In this document: positions 19,071-27,657 of the stretch, piece after piece
Layout: each line of letters opens with the position of its first letter
Numbering within the stretch: position 1 is the stretch's first letter
NCBI GenBank assembly: GCA_964406405.1
Contig: CAYORN010000002.1
Location: forward strand, 10-64,009
DNA from: an uncultured Alphaproteobacteria bacterium
GTDB taxonomy: Bacteria; Electryoneota; RPQS01
DNA: 64,000 nucleotides
Direction of reading: 5' to 3'
The notes under the pieces: model-generated
Told to the model about the DNA's origin: nothing
The model's database searches: none
Seen by the model: the letters and a program-made list of their open reading frames with translations, nothing else
Translations under genes and position numbers: made by a program

Positions 19071-20606
19071 ATGAAGCCATTCCTTTTCCTCCTGTTGATA
19101 AGTACCGCTGCGGTCGCGCAATACGCGCCGCAGAGCTTCGGGATTTACAATCCGCGCGCGCTGGATGACGCGACGCCGGAGCCGCGGCTGGGGTCGAATG
19201 TCATTATTGACATTCTGCCGACCTCGTCGCCGGATACGCTGTGGTTGGGAACAGGCAATGGCGTCACCCGCGTGCTCTACGACGAGAGCCGTCCGCTTCC
19301 CGCAGGATATTCCTTCGAAACCTATGCGCAGGAGCAAGGTCTTGGCAAGGGCGGCGTGTCCGGGTTGTACGTCAGCGACACGATTATCTGGACCGCGTTT
19401 GCGTTTGACACCAGCGTGGGGATCAGCGGCGCGGGTGGTGGAATGGCGTATTCGCGGGATCAGGGACGGAACTGGACCTGGTTTGCACAGCCGCGCGATC
19501 AACGCTACAACATAGACGAGAACGGCAAAGATCTGGTGCTGGGCTACTGGCCGACGACGACAAACGTGGATAATATCACGTACGACATTGCGCTCTCCGA
19601 CAGCAGCGTTTGGATCGTCTCGAAAGGCGGCGGATTGCGCAAACACGCCTATGCCGCCGATTACACCGATTACGACGACACGACCGGGTGGAAGGTGGTG
19701 AGTCCGGACACGTTTGCGTTTCATCCGGCGGAGCGGCTGAATCATCGGGCGTTCAGCGTGCTGTATGCGGAGGATGCGCTCTGGGTCGGCACAGCGGATG
19801 GGATCAACAAGAGCACGGACGAAGGGCGCACCTGGCAGAGCTTCCGCTCGGCCAACAGCGGTATCTCGGGGAATTTCGTGACCGCGCTCGGTTATCAGGA
19901 AGCGACGCATACGGTGTGGGCGGCGACGTGGCGCGCCGAAGGGCAAACTGAGTTCTACGCGGTCTCGAAAACGACAGACGGCGGCGCGACGTGGACCGCC
20001 CACTTAACGGAACAGCAGATCGAGCAGGCCATCGGGCATGCGGAGACGCCGCGCGCGCACAGCTTCGGTTTCGACGGCAACATCGTTTATGTTTGCGACG
20101 ATATTGGGCTGTGGAAAACGCTGGACGGCGGCGATTCGTGGGGGTTGTTTCCGCAGATGCAGGATGCGGAGAGCGGGCATCGCTTTGACGAACCCGCGAT
20201 CTATGCCGCACTCAAAGAGCATGGCCGCCTGTGGGTGGGAGGTGTGGATGGACTCGCCGTGAGCTACACTGACGGCGCGACGTGGCAGCTCTTTCAGACC
20301 GCTGCGCCGTTGAACGATGCCACGCGCAGCGTGGACACGTATGCGTATCCCACGCCGTGGTCGCCGTCGCGTTTCGGCCCGGTGAAATTGCGCTATCAGA
20401 GCACTGGCGGCGCCGTCAAGGTCACGATCTATGACTTCGCGATGAGTAAAGTGGTGGAACTGCCGGCCGTGACTCGCACGCCAGGTGAAGACTACGAGTC
20501 TTGGGACGGGCGCAAGGACGGCACGATCGTCGCCAATGGCACATATTTTTACAAAATTGAAAAGCCCGGCGGCGAGGTGTGGGGCAAGCTGATTGTGCTT
20601 GACTGA
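19071..20606 (+). CDS. T9SS-secreted beta-propeller protein (two-component-regulator-propeller-like repeats) with a C-terminal Por sorting domain
   Basis: Signal MKPFLFLLLISTAAVA|Q. Repeats of the GxWxGTxxGL type (LWLGTGNGVTRV, LWVGTADGINKSTDEGRTW, LWVGGVDGLAVSYTDGATW). The C-terminus YPTPWSP...VKVTIYDFAMSKVVEL...WDGRKDG...GTYFYKIE...GKLIVLD fits the T9SS CTD. Confidence 0.6.
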   Translation: MKPFLFLLLISTAAVAQYAPQSFGIYNPRALDDATPEPRLGSNVIIDILPTSSPDTLWLGTGNGVTRVLYDESRPLPAGYSFETYAQEQGLGKGGVSGLYVSDTIIWTAFAFDTSVGISGAGGGMAYSRDQGRNWTWFAQPRDQRYNIDENGKDLVLGYWPTTTNVDNITYDIALSDSSVWIVSKGGGLRKHAYAADYTDYDDTTGWKVVSPDTFAFHPAERLNHRAFSVLYAEDALWVGTADGINKSTDEGRTWQSFRSANSGISGNFVTALGYQEATHTVWAATWRAEGQTEFYAVSKTTDGGATWTAHLTEQQIEQAIGHAETPRAHSFGFDGNIVYVCDDIGLWKTLDGGDSWGLFPQMQDAESGHRFDEPAIYAALKEHGRLWVGGVDGLAVSYTDGATWQLFQTAAPLNDATRSVDTYAYPTPWSPSRFGPVKLRYQSTGGAVKVTIYDFAMSKVVELPAVTRTPGEDYESWDGRKDGTIVANGTYFYKIEKPGGEVWGKLIVLD

Positions 20607-20620
20607 GTAAATCCCAAATC

Positions 20621-20643
20621 GAAAATTGAAAATCGAAAATCCC
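20621..20643. repeat. Heptad microsatellite GAAAATT-GAAAATC-GAAAATC at a gene junction
   Basis: gaaaattgaaaatcgaaaatccc lies between the stop at 20606 and the ATG at 20659; the ORF track's TTG start at 20626 falls inside it. Confidence 0.6.
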
Positions 20644-20658
20644 AGTCAGAAGTTCCCT

Positions 20659-21627
20659 ATGAAACAGTTAGTAGCTGCGGCGGCTCTGCTTGCATTTGTA
20701 GCATTGGCACTGGCCGACACGAACGGCGGTATGGCGGGGGCGTTTTCGCGGATCGGAGCGGGTGCGCGCGCAAAGGGATTGGGCGGGGCGTTCACCGGCG
20801 TGGGACAGGGTCCATCCGCGATCTATTTCAATCCCGGCGCGCTGCCGTTCGGCCAAGGCCCAGAGTTTACGGCGAATCTCTCCAAACTTGCGCTCGACCG
20901 CAGCCTGCACTATCTGGCGTTTGCTACTCCGGTGCATCCGAAAGCCGGACCCGGGAAGCGTGCCGTGAATGCGGGCGTCGGGCTCGCGTGGCTGCATGCG
21001 GGAGTCTCGAACATTGACGCGCGCGATTTCGACGGCAATCCGATGGAGATGATTGATCAATCGTCCAACCTGTTCATCTTCGGCTTCGGCGTGCAATTCC
21101 ACGAGCGCGTGGGCGCCGGAATCGCCGTGAAGAAAAATTACGATACGTTCGGGCGCATCGGCAACGAAAATCGTTCGATCAACGGCGACGGATTCGGCGG
21201 AGACGCGGGGATTTTCGTCCGGCCCACAGATAAGCTCACCGTCGGCGCGCAGATCAAGGACGTCGGCGTGAAAACCACCTGGAACACCACCGACTACTGG
21301 ACGCAGGGCACGTCCAAAGAAGACAAATGGCCGATGCAGTATCGCGTCGGCGCGGCGTACACTCAATCCGGAATTCTCGGCGCGCTAGACGTGGAAAGCA
21401 GCAGCGAAGGTGAGACGAAACTGCACGCAGGAGTGGAGGCGACGCGCCAGATCACTGAGAAGCAGAGCATCGCCGGCCGCGTAGGGTATGACGCCGGAGC
21501 CATCAACTTCGGCCTGGGCGTCGGGTTGGCGTTTTGGAAAGTTCAAACGGTGCTGGATTTTGTTTACACCCTCGAGAACGTCGCGCCGGATGACGCAACC
21601 ACGCTCGGGTGGAGCGTGAAATTCTAA
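20659..21627 (+). CDS. FadL-like outer-membrane beta-barrel, PorV/PorQ family (T9SS shuttle protein family)
   Basis: Signal MKQLVAAAALLAFVALALA. N-terminal block GAFSRIGAGARAKGLGGAFTGVGQGPSAIYFNPGAL resembles the FadL/PorV motif (GMGGA...DASAIFYNPAG). About 320 aa; ends ...LGWSVKF with an aromatic C-terminus. Confidence 0.5.
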   Translation: MKQLVAAAALLAFVALALADTNGGMAGAFSRIGAGARAKGLGGAFTGVGQGPSAIYFNPGALPFGQGPEFTANLSKLALDRSLHYLAFATPVHPKAGPGKRAVNAGVGLAWLHAGVSNIDARDFDGNPMEMIDQSSNLFIFGFGVQFHERVGAGIAVKKNYDTFGRIGNENRSINGDGFGGDAGIFVRPTDKLTVGAQIKDVGVKTTWNTTDYWTQGTSKEDKWPMQYRVGAAYTQSGILGALDVESSSEGETKLHAGVEATRQITEKQSIAGRVGYDAGAINFGLGVGLAFWKVQTVLDFVYTLENVAPDDATTLGWSVKF

Positions 21628-21656
21628 ATTGAAGATTGAAAATTGAAAATCGAAAC
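21628..21656. repeat. Heptad microsatellite (GAAGATT-GAAAATT-GAAAATC-GAAAC)
   Basis: aaattgaagattgaaaattgaaaatcgaaac between the tandem porV/Q-like genes; a TTG start candidate at 21643 lies inside it. Confidence 0.6.
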
Positions 21657-22545
21657 ATCGTACATCGACATTCTGCTGCTCATCACCGTGTTGATTTCGG
21701 CGACCGCGGTCGCGGCGGCACCGGGAGTGTCGTTTCTGGAAATCCCGGTCGGGGCGAGAGAGAATGCCTTGGCGGGAGCCGGCGCGGCCTTGATTACAGG
21801 GCCGACCTCGATCACGTACAATCCGGCGACGGCAGCGTTCACGCCACGCGGCGCGGCGTTCATGCTCACTAAGCATTTTGCCGACACGCGGGCGGAGTTT
21901 TTTTGCGTGACGCTGCGGCATGGGCGATGGGCGTTCACACCGCATTTCTGGGGCACGCGCGTGGCAGACATCGAGTATCGCACGGAACCGACGCGCGATC
22001 CGATCTCCACGTTCGACGCGACGAACGAAGCCGTGGGCACCGCGATTGCCTATCAGGTTAACGACCGCCTGTCCTTCGGCGCGACCGGGCGCTATCTGCA
22101 CCAGAAAATTCTCTATGAAAGTTCCGAGGGCTGGTCGGTGGACGCGGGCGCGCTCGTGCGGTTTCCCGTACGCGGGATTACGGCCGGACTCGCGGTGAAT
22201 CACCTCGGCAACATGAATTACTTTCTGGCCGAGAAGCCGACACTACCGACGACGGTGCGCGGCGGAATTGCCTATGAGCGCTCGCTTGCGCGTGTCGGCT
22301 CATTACTGCTGACCGCTGATGCGCTGGGCATTAAGAAGAGCGCGCCGCAGTTTCGCGGCGGCGTGGAGTATCGCGCACCGAACTATTTTGCCTTGCGAGC
22401 GGGGTATGTAAGCGGCTTGGACGCGCAGAGCGTTTCTGTCGGTTTTGGAATCTTTATCAAACATGTCCAATTTGATTACGCCTTCATCCCCTATCGCGAG
22501 GAACTGGGCGACGGGCACCGGTTTTCGCTGGGGCTGGAATTGTAA
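21643..22545 (+). CDS. Second FadL-like PorV/PorQ-family outer-membrane barrel (paralog)
   Basis: VSFLEIPVGARENALAGAGAALITGPTSITYNPATAAF is the same N-terminal block type. There is no in-frame ATG; the start is probably the TTG at 21643 or a downstream GTG. Ends ...HRFSLGLEL. Confidence 0.45.
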   Translation: MKIETSYIDILLLITVLISATAVAAAPGVSFLEIPVGARENALAGAGAALITGPTSITYNPATAAFTPRGAAFMLTKHFADTRAEFFCVTLRHGRWAFTPHFWGTRVADIEYRTEPTRDPISTFDATNEAVGTAIAYQVNDRLSFGATGRYLHQKILYESSEGWSVDAGALVRFPVRGITAGLAVNHLGNMNYFLAEKPTLPTTVRGGIAYERSLARVGSLLLTADALGIKKSAPQFRGGVEYRAPNYFALRAGYVSGLDAQSVSVGFGIFIKHVQFDYAFIPYREELGDGHRFSLGLEL

Positions 22546-22765
22546 GACGAGAAAAATCCTGCCATTGAGCGGCGGATCGCGTCACCAAAAAACTTTCGCT
22601 CCGCCAAAAAAACGCTTGCTTTTCGGTTTCCGATTTTGTAAGTTATGCATACCTGCCCGCCGCGAAGGCAGGTCGTCGGTTGCAGAAACCGAAAGGAGGT
22701 GGTCCAATGAGTTCATGGCCACGGAGGTCTAAGACCTAACAACGGGTCTTGGACTTCACCAGCCA

Positions 22766-22805
22766 CGGCCCGTCAAAAGTTTTTTTTGGCGGGCTGTTTT
22801 TGTCT
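22766..22805 (+). terminator. Hairpin plus T-tract, a candidate rho-independent terminator or 5'-UTR structure
   Basis: ggcccgtcaaaa-gtttt-ttttggcgggc (11-bp stem with one G-U pair) followed by tgtttttgtc. Confidence 0.4.
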
Positions 22806-22833
22806 CTGCCGAACGAAATCCGAAAGTCCCTCG

Positions 22834-23331
22834 ATGACACGCGAAGAATTTATGGTCGCGGCCGAAATCGCATTTGAACGCCTGATGACACCCACGCGCG
22901 GATTGTCTCCGGCGCTGATGGAGCAGCCGATGGCGGACGGCACATGGTCATTCAAGGATCTCGCCGCGCATCTAATTTTTTGGGATGGGCTTGTCGTGCG
23001 CGCACTCGAAGAGCATGTGTACGGGCGCACGTTCGATTGGAGTCCCTACGCGAAACCTGATGAGTGGAACGCGAAGGCTGTCGAGCGGCTTCGCCCGCAA
23101 AGCGTCAAGCGGGTGATGAGCGAATTGCGGCTCACGCACAGCACGATCACGGACGCCGTACCCCGCATTCCGGATGAAAATTTACTGGTGGGCGGCGAAG
23201 TTCCGGGCTGGCTGCTCGAGCGGGTGCCGGAGCACTATGAGCATCACGTTGCGCAAGTTGAGGCGTGGGCCGAGCGAATGCGGCAGGAAGGCAAGGCCGC
23301 GCCGTCCCTGCCGATCTTAGGCGGACGCTAA
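22834..23331 (+). CDS. ClbS/DfsB-family (DUF1706) four-helix-bundle protein
   Basis: About 165 aa with W..KDLAAHLIFWDGLV and C-terminal HYEHHVAQVEAW blocks, characteristic of DUF1706. Internal ATG at 22834 chosen as the start. Confidence 0.55.
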   Translation: MTREEFMVAAEIAFERLMTPTRGLSPALMEQPMADGTWSFKDLAAHLIFWDGLVVRALEEHVYGRTFDWSPYAKPDEWNAKAVERLRPQSVKRVMSELRLTHSTITDAVPRIPDENLLVGGEVPGWLLERVPEHYEHHVAQVEAWAERMRQEGKAAPSLPILGGR

Positions 23332-23344
23332 CACACAAGGATCT

Positions 23345-25285
23345 ATGCGAACGATCAAGATTGCCCTCGCCAATCTGAATCCGACGGTCGGCGCCTTTCG
23401 CACCAACACCGACCGGATCATTGAGCATGCGCGGCGAATGGCTGAAGAGCGCGTGACCGTCGGCTGTTTGGCCGAGCAGGCGATTGCCGGCTATCCCTGT
23501 GAGGACCTGGTGTTGTGGGAAGGGTTCGTCACACAGCAGTGGGAGCAGTTAGGGCGATTCGTCGCGGCGACAAAGACATTCAGCTTCCCCACAGTTTTCA
23601 GCTTGGGTCTCGCGGTGCGTGAAGGAAGTCTGCTGTATAATTGCGTAGCTTGCGTGTGTGCGGGAGAAATTATCGGGATCGTGCCCAAGGAGAAGCTGCC
23701 GACGTACGGCGTGTTCTACGAAGGCCGTGTGTTTGCCGCGGGATCGCCGGGACAAGTCAGCGAGATTCAAGGCGTACCATTCGGTGATTTGATCTTCAAG
23801 TTTCCGTTCGGCGTGCTGTCGCTCGAAGTGTGCGAGGACATCTGGACGCCAGAGGGTCCGATGCGCCGCCGTTCTTGCAGTGGCGCGGAGCTGATTATCA
23901 ATGTCTCGGCTTCGCCATGGCGTGCGGGAGTGCTGGAGCAGCGTCGGGAGATGCTGGCCGTGCGCTCCGCTGACAATCAGGCGACGGTGGCCTATGTGAA
24001 TCAGCTCGGCGCCAACGATTCGCTCGTCTATGACGGGGGCGGTTTTGTGTATCAGGACGGCGAATTGATTTTCGAAGCCCCGCGCTGGAAGCAAAGCCAT
24101 ACGTCCGCCGTCGTAGATCTGGATCGAGTCGCCCAGCATCGTCACGGCAACACCACGTGGCGAGGGGATTGCGAAGAGTACCTGCGCACGCATAATCCGG
24201 TGCGAACGATTGTTTCCGCCGTCGGGCCGGAGGCCAACGAGGCGTCATACCGATTGCCGGAACCGCTGAAGCCGCAAGAGAACGACCCTCGCGAGCTGCA
24301 ATTCGAAGACTTGATTGCAGCCATGAAGCTGGGGCTGGGCGACTATTTTGAGAAGACGGGAGCTTTTGAACGCATCGGCATAGCGCTTTCCGGCGGCAAG
24401 GATTCGGTGGTCACGCTGCTCGTTGTCTGGCTCTACGCTAAGGATCGCTTCCAGAATCTCCTGCCGGATGAAGAGCGCGCGGCGATTCGTGACTTCATCC
24501 ACTGCCTCTCGATGCCGACGCGGTTCAACACGAACCTCACAAAGAACATCTCGCGGCAGGTTTGCGAAGAACTCGGCGTGACTTTTCGCGAAGTGTCCAT
24601 CGAGGATGCCTTCGAGCGCGAGGTGGAGGCCGCGCGGCAAATGCTCGGGCCTGACGACGCACTGAACGAGCTTACGATTCAAAATATCCAAGCCCGGCTG
24701 CGCGGCATGCGGATGTGGAATTGGGCGAACAGCTCGCGCGCGCTCTGGCTGCAAACCGGAAACATGTCGGAGAAGGCGGTAGGTTATACGACGGTGGGCG
24801 GCGATTTGATGGGCGCGTATTCGCTGATCGGCAACCTGCCCAAGACCACGATCATTGCGCTTTTGTATCACCTGCATAAGAAGCTCGGCTTCAACAGCCT
24901 ACAAACGCTGCTCGCGACCAAGGCCTCTGCCGAGTTAGCCGAGAATCAGGAAGACGAGCGCGACTTGATGCCGTTTGCGGTGCTCGATTTGTGCTTTGAG
25001 CTGTTCGCGGGTGAGAAGTTGATGCCAGTGGATGTCTATCGCACCGTTCGTGCGCGCTTCACAGATGAGGAATTGAAAGCACTGGCGCCCAATTATGAGC
25101 CGGGCATGTTGAAACAGTGGGTCAGACGCTTCGTGCTGCTGTTTGTAAAGTCTATTTTCAAATGGGTGCAGGCGCCGCAGGCGGTGCATCTGTTGCCCTT
25201 GGATCTGGACCGCGAGCGCGCGCTGCAGTTGCCGGTGGTGCAGAGTATTGAGTGGTTAAAGTTAGAAAAACTGGATCGAGCGTGA
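23345..25285 (+). CDS. nadE: Glutamine-dependent NAD+ synthetase (N-terminal carbon-nitrogen hydrolase domain + NAD synthase domain)
   Basis: N-terminal nitrilase-like block (IALANLNP...GYPCEDL; EVCEDIW active-site Cys region). PP-loop SGGKDS in IGIALSGGKDSVV. 646 aa is typical of the fused NadE. Confidence 0.85.
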   Translation: MRTIKIALANLNPTVGAFRTNTDRIIEHARRMAEERVTVGCLAEQAIAGYPCEDLVLWEGFVTQQWEQLGRFVAATKTFSFPTVFSLGLAVREGSLLYNCVACVCAGEIIGIVPKEKLPTYGVFYEGRVFAAGSPGQVSEIQGVPFGDLIFKFPFGVLSLEVCEDIWTPEGPMRRRSCSGAELIINVSASPWRAGVLEQRREMLAVRSADNQATVAYVNQLGANDSLVYDGGGFVYQDGELIFEAPRWKQSHTSAVVDLDRVAQHRHGNTTWRGDCEEYLRTHNPVRTIVSAVGPEANEASYRLPEPLKPQENDPRELQFEDLIAAMKLGLGDYFEKTGAFERIGIALSGGKDSVVTLLVVWLYAKDRFQNLLPDEERAAIRDFIHCLSMPTRFNTNLTKNISRQVCEELGVTFREVSIEDAFEREVEAARQMLGPDDALNELTIQNIQARLRGMRMWNWANSSRALWLQTGNMSEKAVGYTTVGGDLMGAYSLIGNLPKTTIIALLYHLHKKLGFNSLQTLLATKASAELAENQEDERDLMPFAVLDLCFELFAGEKLMPVDVYRTVRARFTDEELKALAPNYEPGMLKQWVRRFVLLFVKSIFKWVQAPQAVHLLPLDLDRERALQLPVVQSIEWLKLEKLDRA

Positions 25286-27657
25286 TTTCACAAGAAACCT
25301 TAGATGCTTTGGAGTTCGACCGCGTGCGCAAATGCGCCGCCGGGCTGGCCGCATCGCCGTTGGGCATGGCGCGGCTATCTGAACTCGTGCCGTTCGAGAG
25401 CGCGAGCGACGCCGAGCGCGCCATGGCGCTGACCGGGGAAATGGTGACGATCATCTCCGGCGGCGAGTTCCCGATTCATGGGACGCATGACATTCGCGCC
25501 GAGCTGCAAAGTGCGTCGGTCGAAGGAGCAGCCCTTGAACCGGAGGAGCTGCTGCGGATTGCCGAAACGGCGCGCACGTGCGATCAGGTGCGGACGTTTC
25601 TCCACAGCAAGCGGCAGACCTCTCCTCTGCTTTATGAGGTGTCGCGAGGAATAGGCGATTTCAAGCAGCTCTCCGGTGCGATTGAGCATGCGATTGATCC
25701 CGACGGCGAGATCAAAGACGATGCTTCGCCGCAGTTGAAAAAGATCCGGCAGAGCGTCCGCGCGGAAACAAAAGCGCTGGAGAACAAGCTGCAGAGCGTG
25801 CTGCAGCGCTGGGGCGACAAAGGTGTCTTGCAGGACAGCGTGGTGAACTACCGCGAAGGCAAGCTCGTGCTGCCGGTGAAGGAGGAGCTGCGGAACCGCG
25901 TGCAGGGAATGATCGTGGATCAATCCGCCTCCGGCGCGACGGTGTTCATGGAACCGGTGGAGATGCTCGAACATTCGAATACGCTGCGCCGGCTCGAAAT
26001 GGATGAGCGCCGGGAGATCCATCGCATTATGCTTGACCTGACCGCACAGGTGCATGAGCAGTTGGAGGAGTTGTTTCCCGCGCTCGAAGTGCTCGGTGAA
26101 CTGGACGAATACTACGGTCGGGCGCGTTTGGCGTTGCGCTGGGAGATGACCGCGCCGGAATTAAACGAGAGGAATGTCATCCGTATCTTGCGGGGACGGC
26201 ATCCGCTGCTGCTCGAACGACTCAAGAAAAATGTTGTGCCGCTCTCGCTCGAGCTGACGCCGCCGCTCTACACGATTGTCATTTCCGGTCCCAATGCCGG
26301 CGGCAAGACGGTGGTGCTGAAGACGGTCGGTGTGTTCTGCGTGATGGCCGCGGCAGGGCTGTTTGTTCCTACGGCGCCTGGCACGGAGCTGCCGTTTTTC
26401 GCCGGGATTCACGCCGACATCGGCGACGCGCAGTCCATCGAAAGCGATCTCTCCACCTTCACGGCTCACGTCGCTCGCCTGAAGCGTTTGGTCGAGGACA
26501 CGAGTCATCCCAAGCTCGTGCTGATTGACGAGATTGGCTCTTCGACTGATCCGGCGCTCGGCTGTGCATTGGCGGAGGCGGTGCTCCTCGAACTCACGCG
26601 GCAGCAGGCGGTGTCGTTTGTCACCACACACAGCGGCACGCTCAAAGCGTTTGCGCATGAGACCGAGGGCATGGAAAACGGCTCGATGACATTCAACGAA
26701 CAGAGCCTCGAACCAACGTATCAGTACCGCGCAGGCGTGCCCGGATCGAGCTATGCGTTGGAGATTGCCGAGCGCGTTGGTTTTCCCAAAGCGCTGCTCG
26801 ACACCGCGCGTTCGTTCATCGGCAAGGGTATGCTGGGTTTGGAGGAACTCGTCAGCGACCTCTCGCAGAAGATCGAACAATATGAGAAACTGAGACGGGA
26901 AAGCGATCTGCGCCTGACGGAATATGCCGCGCTGCAAAAGCTCTATCAGGACAAGACGAAAGAGCTGAAGCGGGCACAAGCCGAGACCAAGGCGAAAGCG
27001 GCGGCGGAAGCGGAGCTGATTTTGGAGAAGGCCAGCCGTGACATGGAAGCGGCAATCAAGCAGATCAAGAAGGAACAGGCCAGTAAGGAAGCGGTGAAGG
27101 CGGCGCGCGAGACGCTGCGGGAAGCCCGGGAAACCGTGGACAAAGCGCAGTCTGAATCGCAAAAGGTGCTGGAGCCGGAGCGGCCGGAGCGGCCGCCGCT
27201 CGAACGCGCCAATGTCGGCGACAAAGTAGAAATCGCCGATCTGCAAGGGATTGGCACCGTGCTCTCTACACAACGCGGCGGCCGGAGAGCGGAAGTGGAG
27301 ATCGGCGGCGTGCGCTTATGGGTGGAAACGGAGCGGCTCTTCGCCGCGACCGAAGCACAGAAGCGCGAGCGCGCTCCACGCGTGAACATGGACTTCACGC
27401 TCGAGACGCGGCATGTGTCACCACAGATTGACTTGCGCGGCAAGTACGGCGACGAGGCCTTGCCGGAGATAGACAGTTATCTCGCGGCCGCCGCGGAAGC
27501 GAATGTGGGGCAAGTCACTATCATTCACGGCAAGGGAACGGGCGCGCTGCGAGTCAAGGTGCGTGAGTTCTTGAATACGCACCCGCTGGTGAAAAGTTAT
27601 CAGGATGGCGGGCCGAAGGGCGATGACTTCGGCAGCACCGTCGTCACATTGAAATGA
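25282..27657 (+). CDS. mutS2: Endonuclease MutS2 (MutS-II with C-terminal Smr domain)
   Basis: Walker A ISGPNAGGKTVVLKTVG and Walker B LVLIDEIGSSTDP. The C-terminal Smr block LDLRGKYGDEALPEIDSYL...VTIIHGKGTGALR. GTG start at 25282 overlapping the nadE stop. Confidence 0.85.
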   Translation: MISQETLDALEFDRVRKCAAGLAASPLGMARLSELVPFESASDAERAMALTGEMVTIISGGEFPIHGTHDIRAELQSASVEGAALEPEELLRIAETARTCDQVRTFLHSKRQTSPLLYEVSRGIGDFKQLSGAIEHAIDPDGEIKDDASPQLKKIRQSVRAETKALENKLQSVLQRWGDKGVLQDSVVNYREGKLVLPVKEELRNRVQGMIVDQSASGATVFMEPVEMLEHSNTLRRLEMDERREIHRIMLDLTAQVHEQLEELFPALEVLGELDEYYGRARLALRWEMTAPELNERNVIRILRGRHPLLLERLKKNVVPLSLELTPPLYTIVISGPNAGGKTVVLKTVGVFCVMAAAGLFVPTAPGTELPFFAGIHADIGDAQSIESDLSTFTAHVARLKRLVEDTSHPKLVLIDEIGSSTDPALGCALAEAVLLELTRQQAVSFVTTHSGTLKAFAHETEGMENGSMTFNEQSLEPTYQYRAGVPGSSYALEIAERVGFPKALLDTARSFIGKGMLGLEELVSDLSQKIEQYEKLRRESDLRLTEYAALQKLYQDKTKELKRAQAETKAKAAAEAELILEKASRDMEAAIKQIKKEQASKEAVKAARETLREARETVDKAQSESQKVLEPERPERPPLERANVGDKVEIADLQGIGTVLSTQRGGRRAEVEIGGVRLWVETERLFAATEAQKRERAPRVNMDFTLETRHVSPQIDLRGKYGDEALPEIDSYLAAAAEANVGQVTIIHGKGTGALRVKVREFLNTHPLVKSYQDGGPKGDDFGSTVVTLK

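Noticed and set aside
21385-22203. 272-aa minus-strand ORF overlapping both porV/Q-like genes
   Set aside because: It lies antisense to two genes that have clear family motifs, has an Arg-rich low-complexity translation, and has no start context.
25252-25281. An upstream start at 25252 for mutS2, and starts at 20626, 4152, 2963, 9056 and 37114 from the ORF track
   Set aside because: The track's first codon is often an in-frame TTG or GTG, sometimes inside a repeat. The starts were moved to downstream ATG or GTG codons with RBS or signal-peptide support.
26161-27273. 370-aa antisense ORF inside mutS2
   Set aside because: The same reasoning applies: the mutS2 Walker and Smr motifs establish the sense strand.
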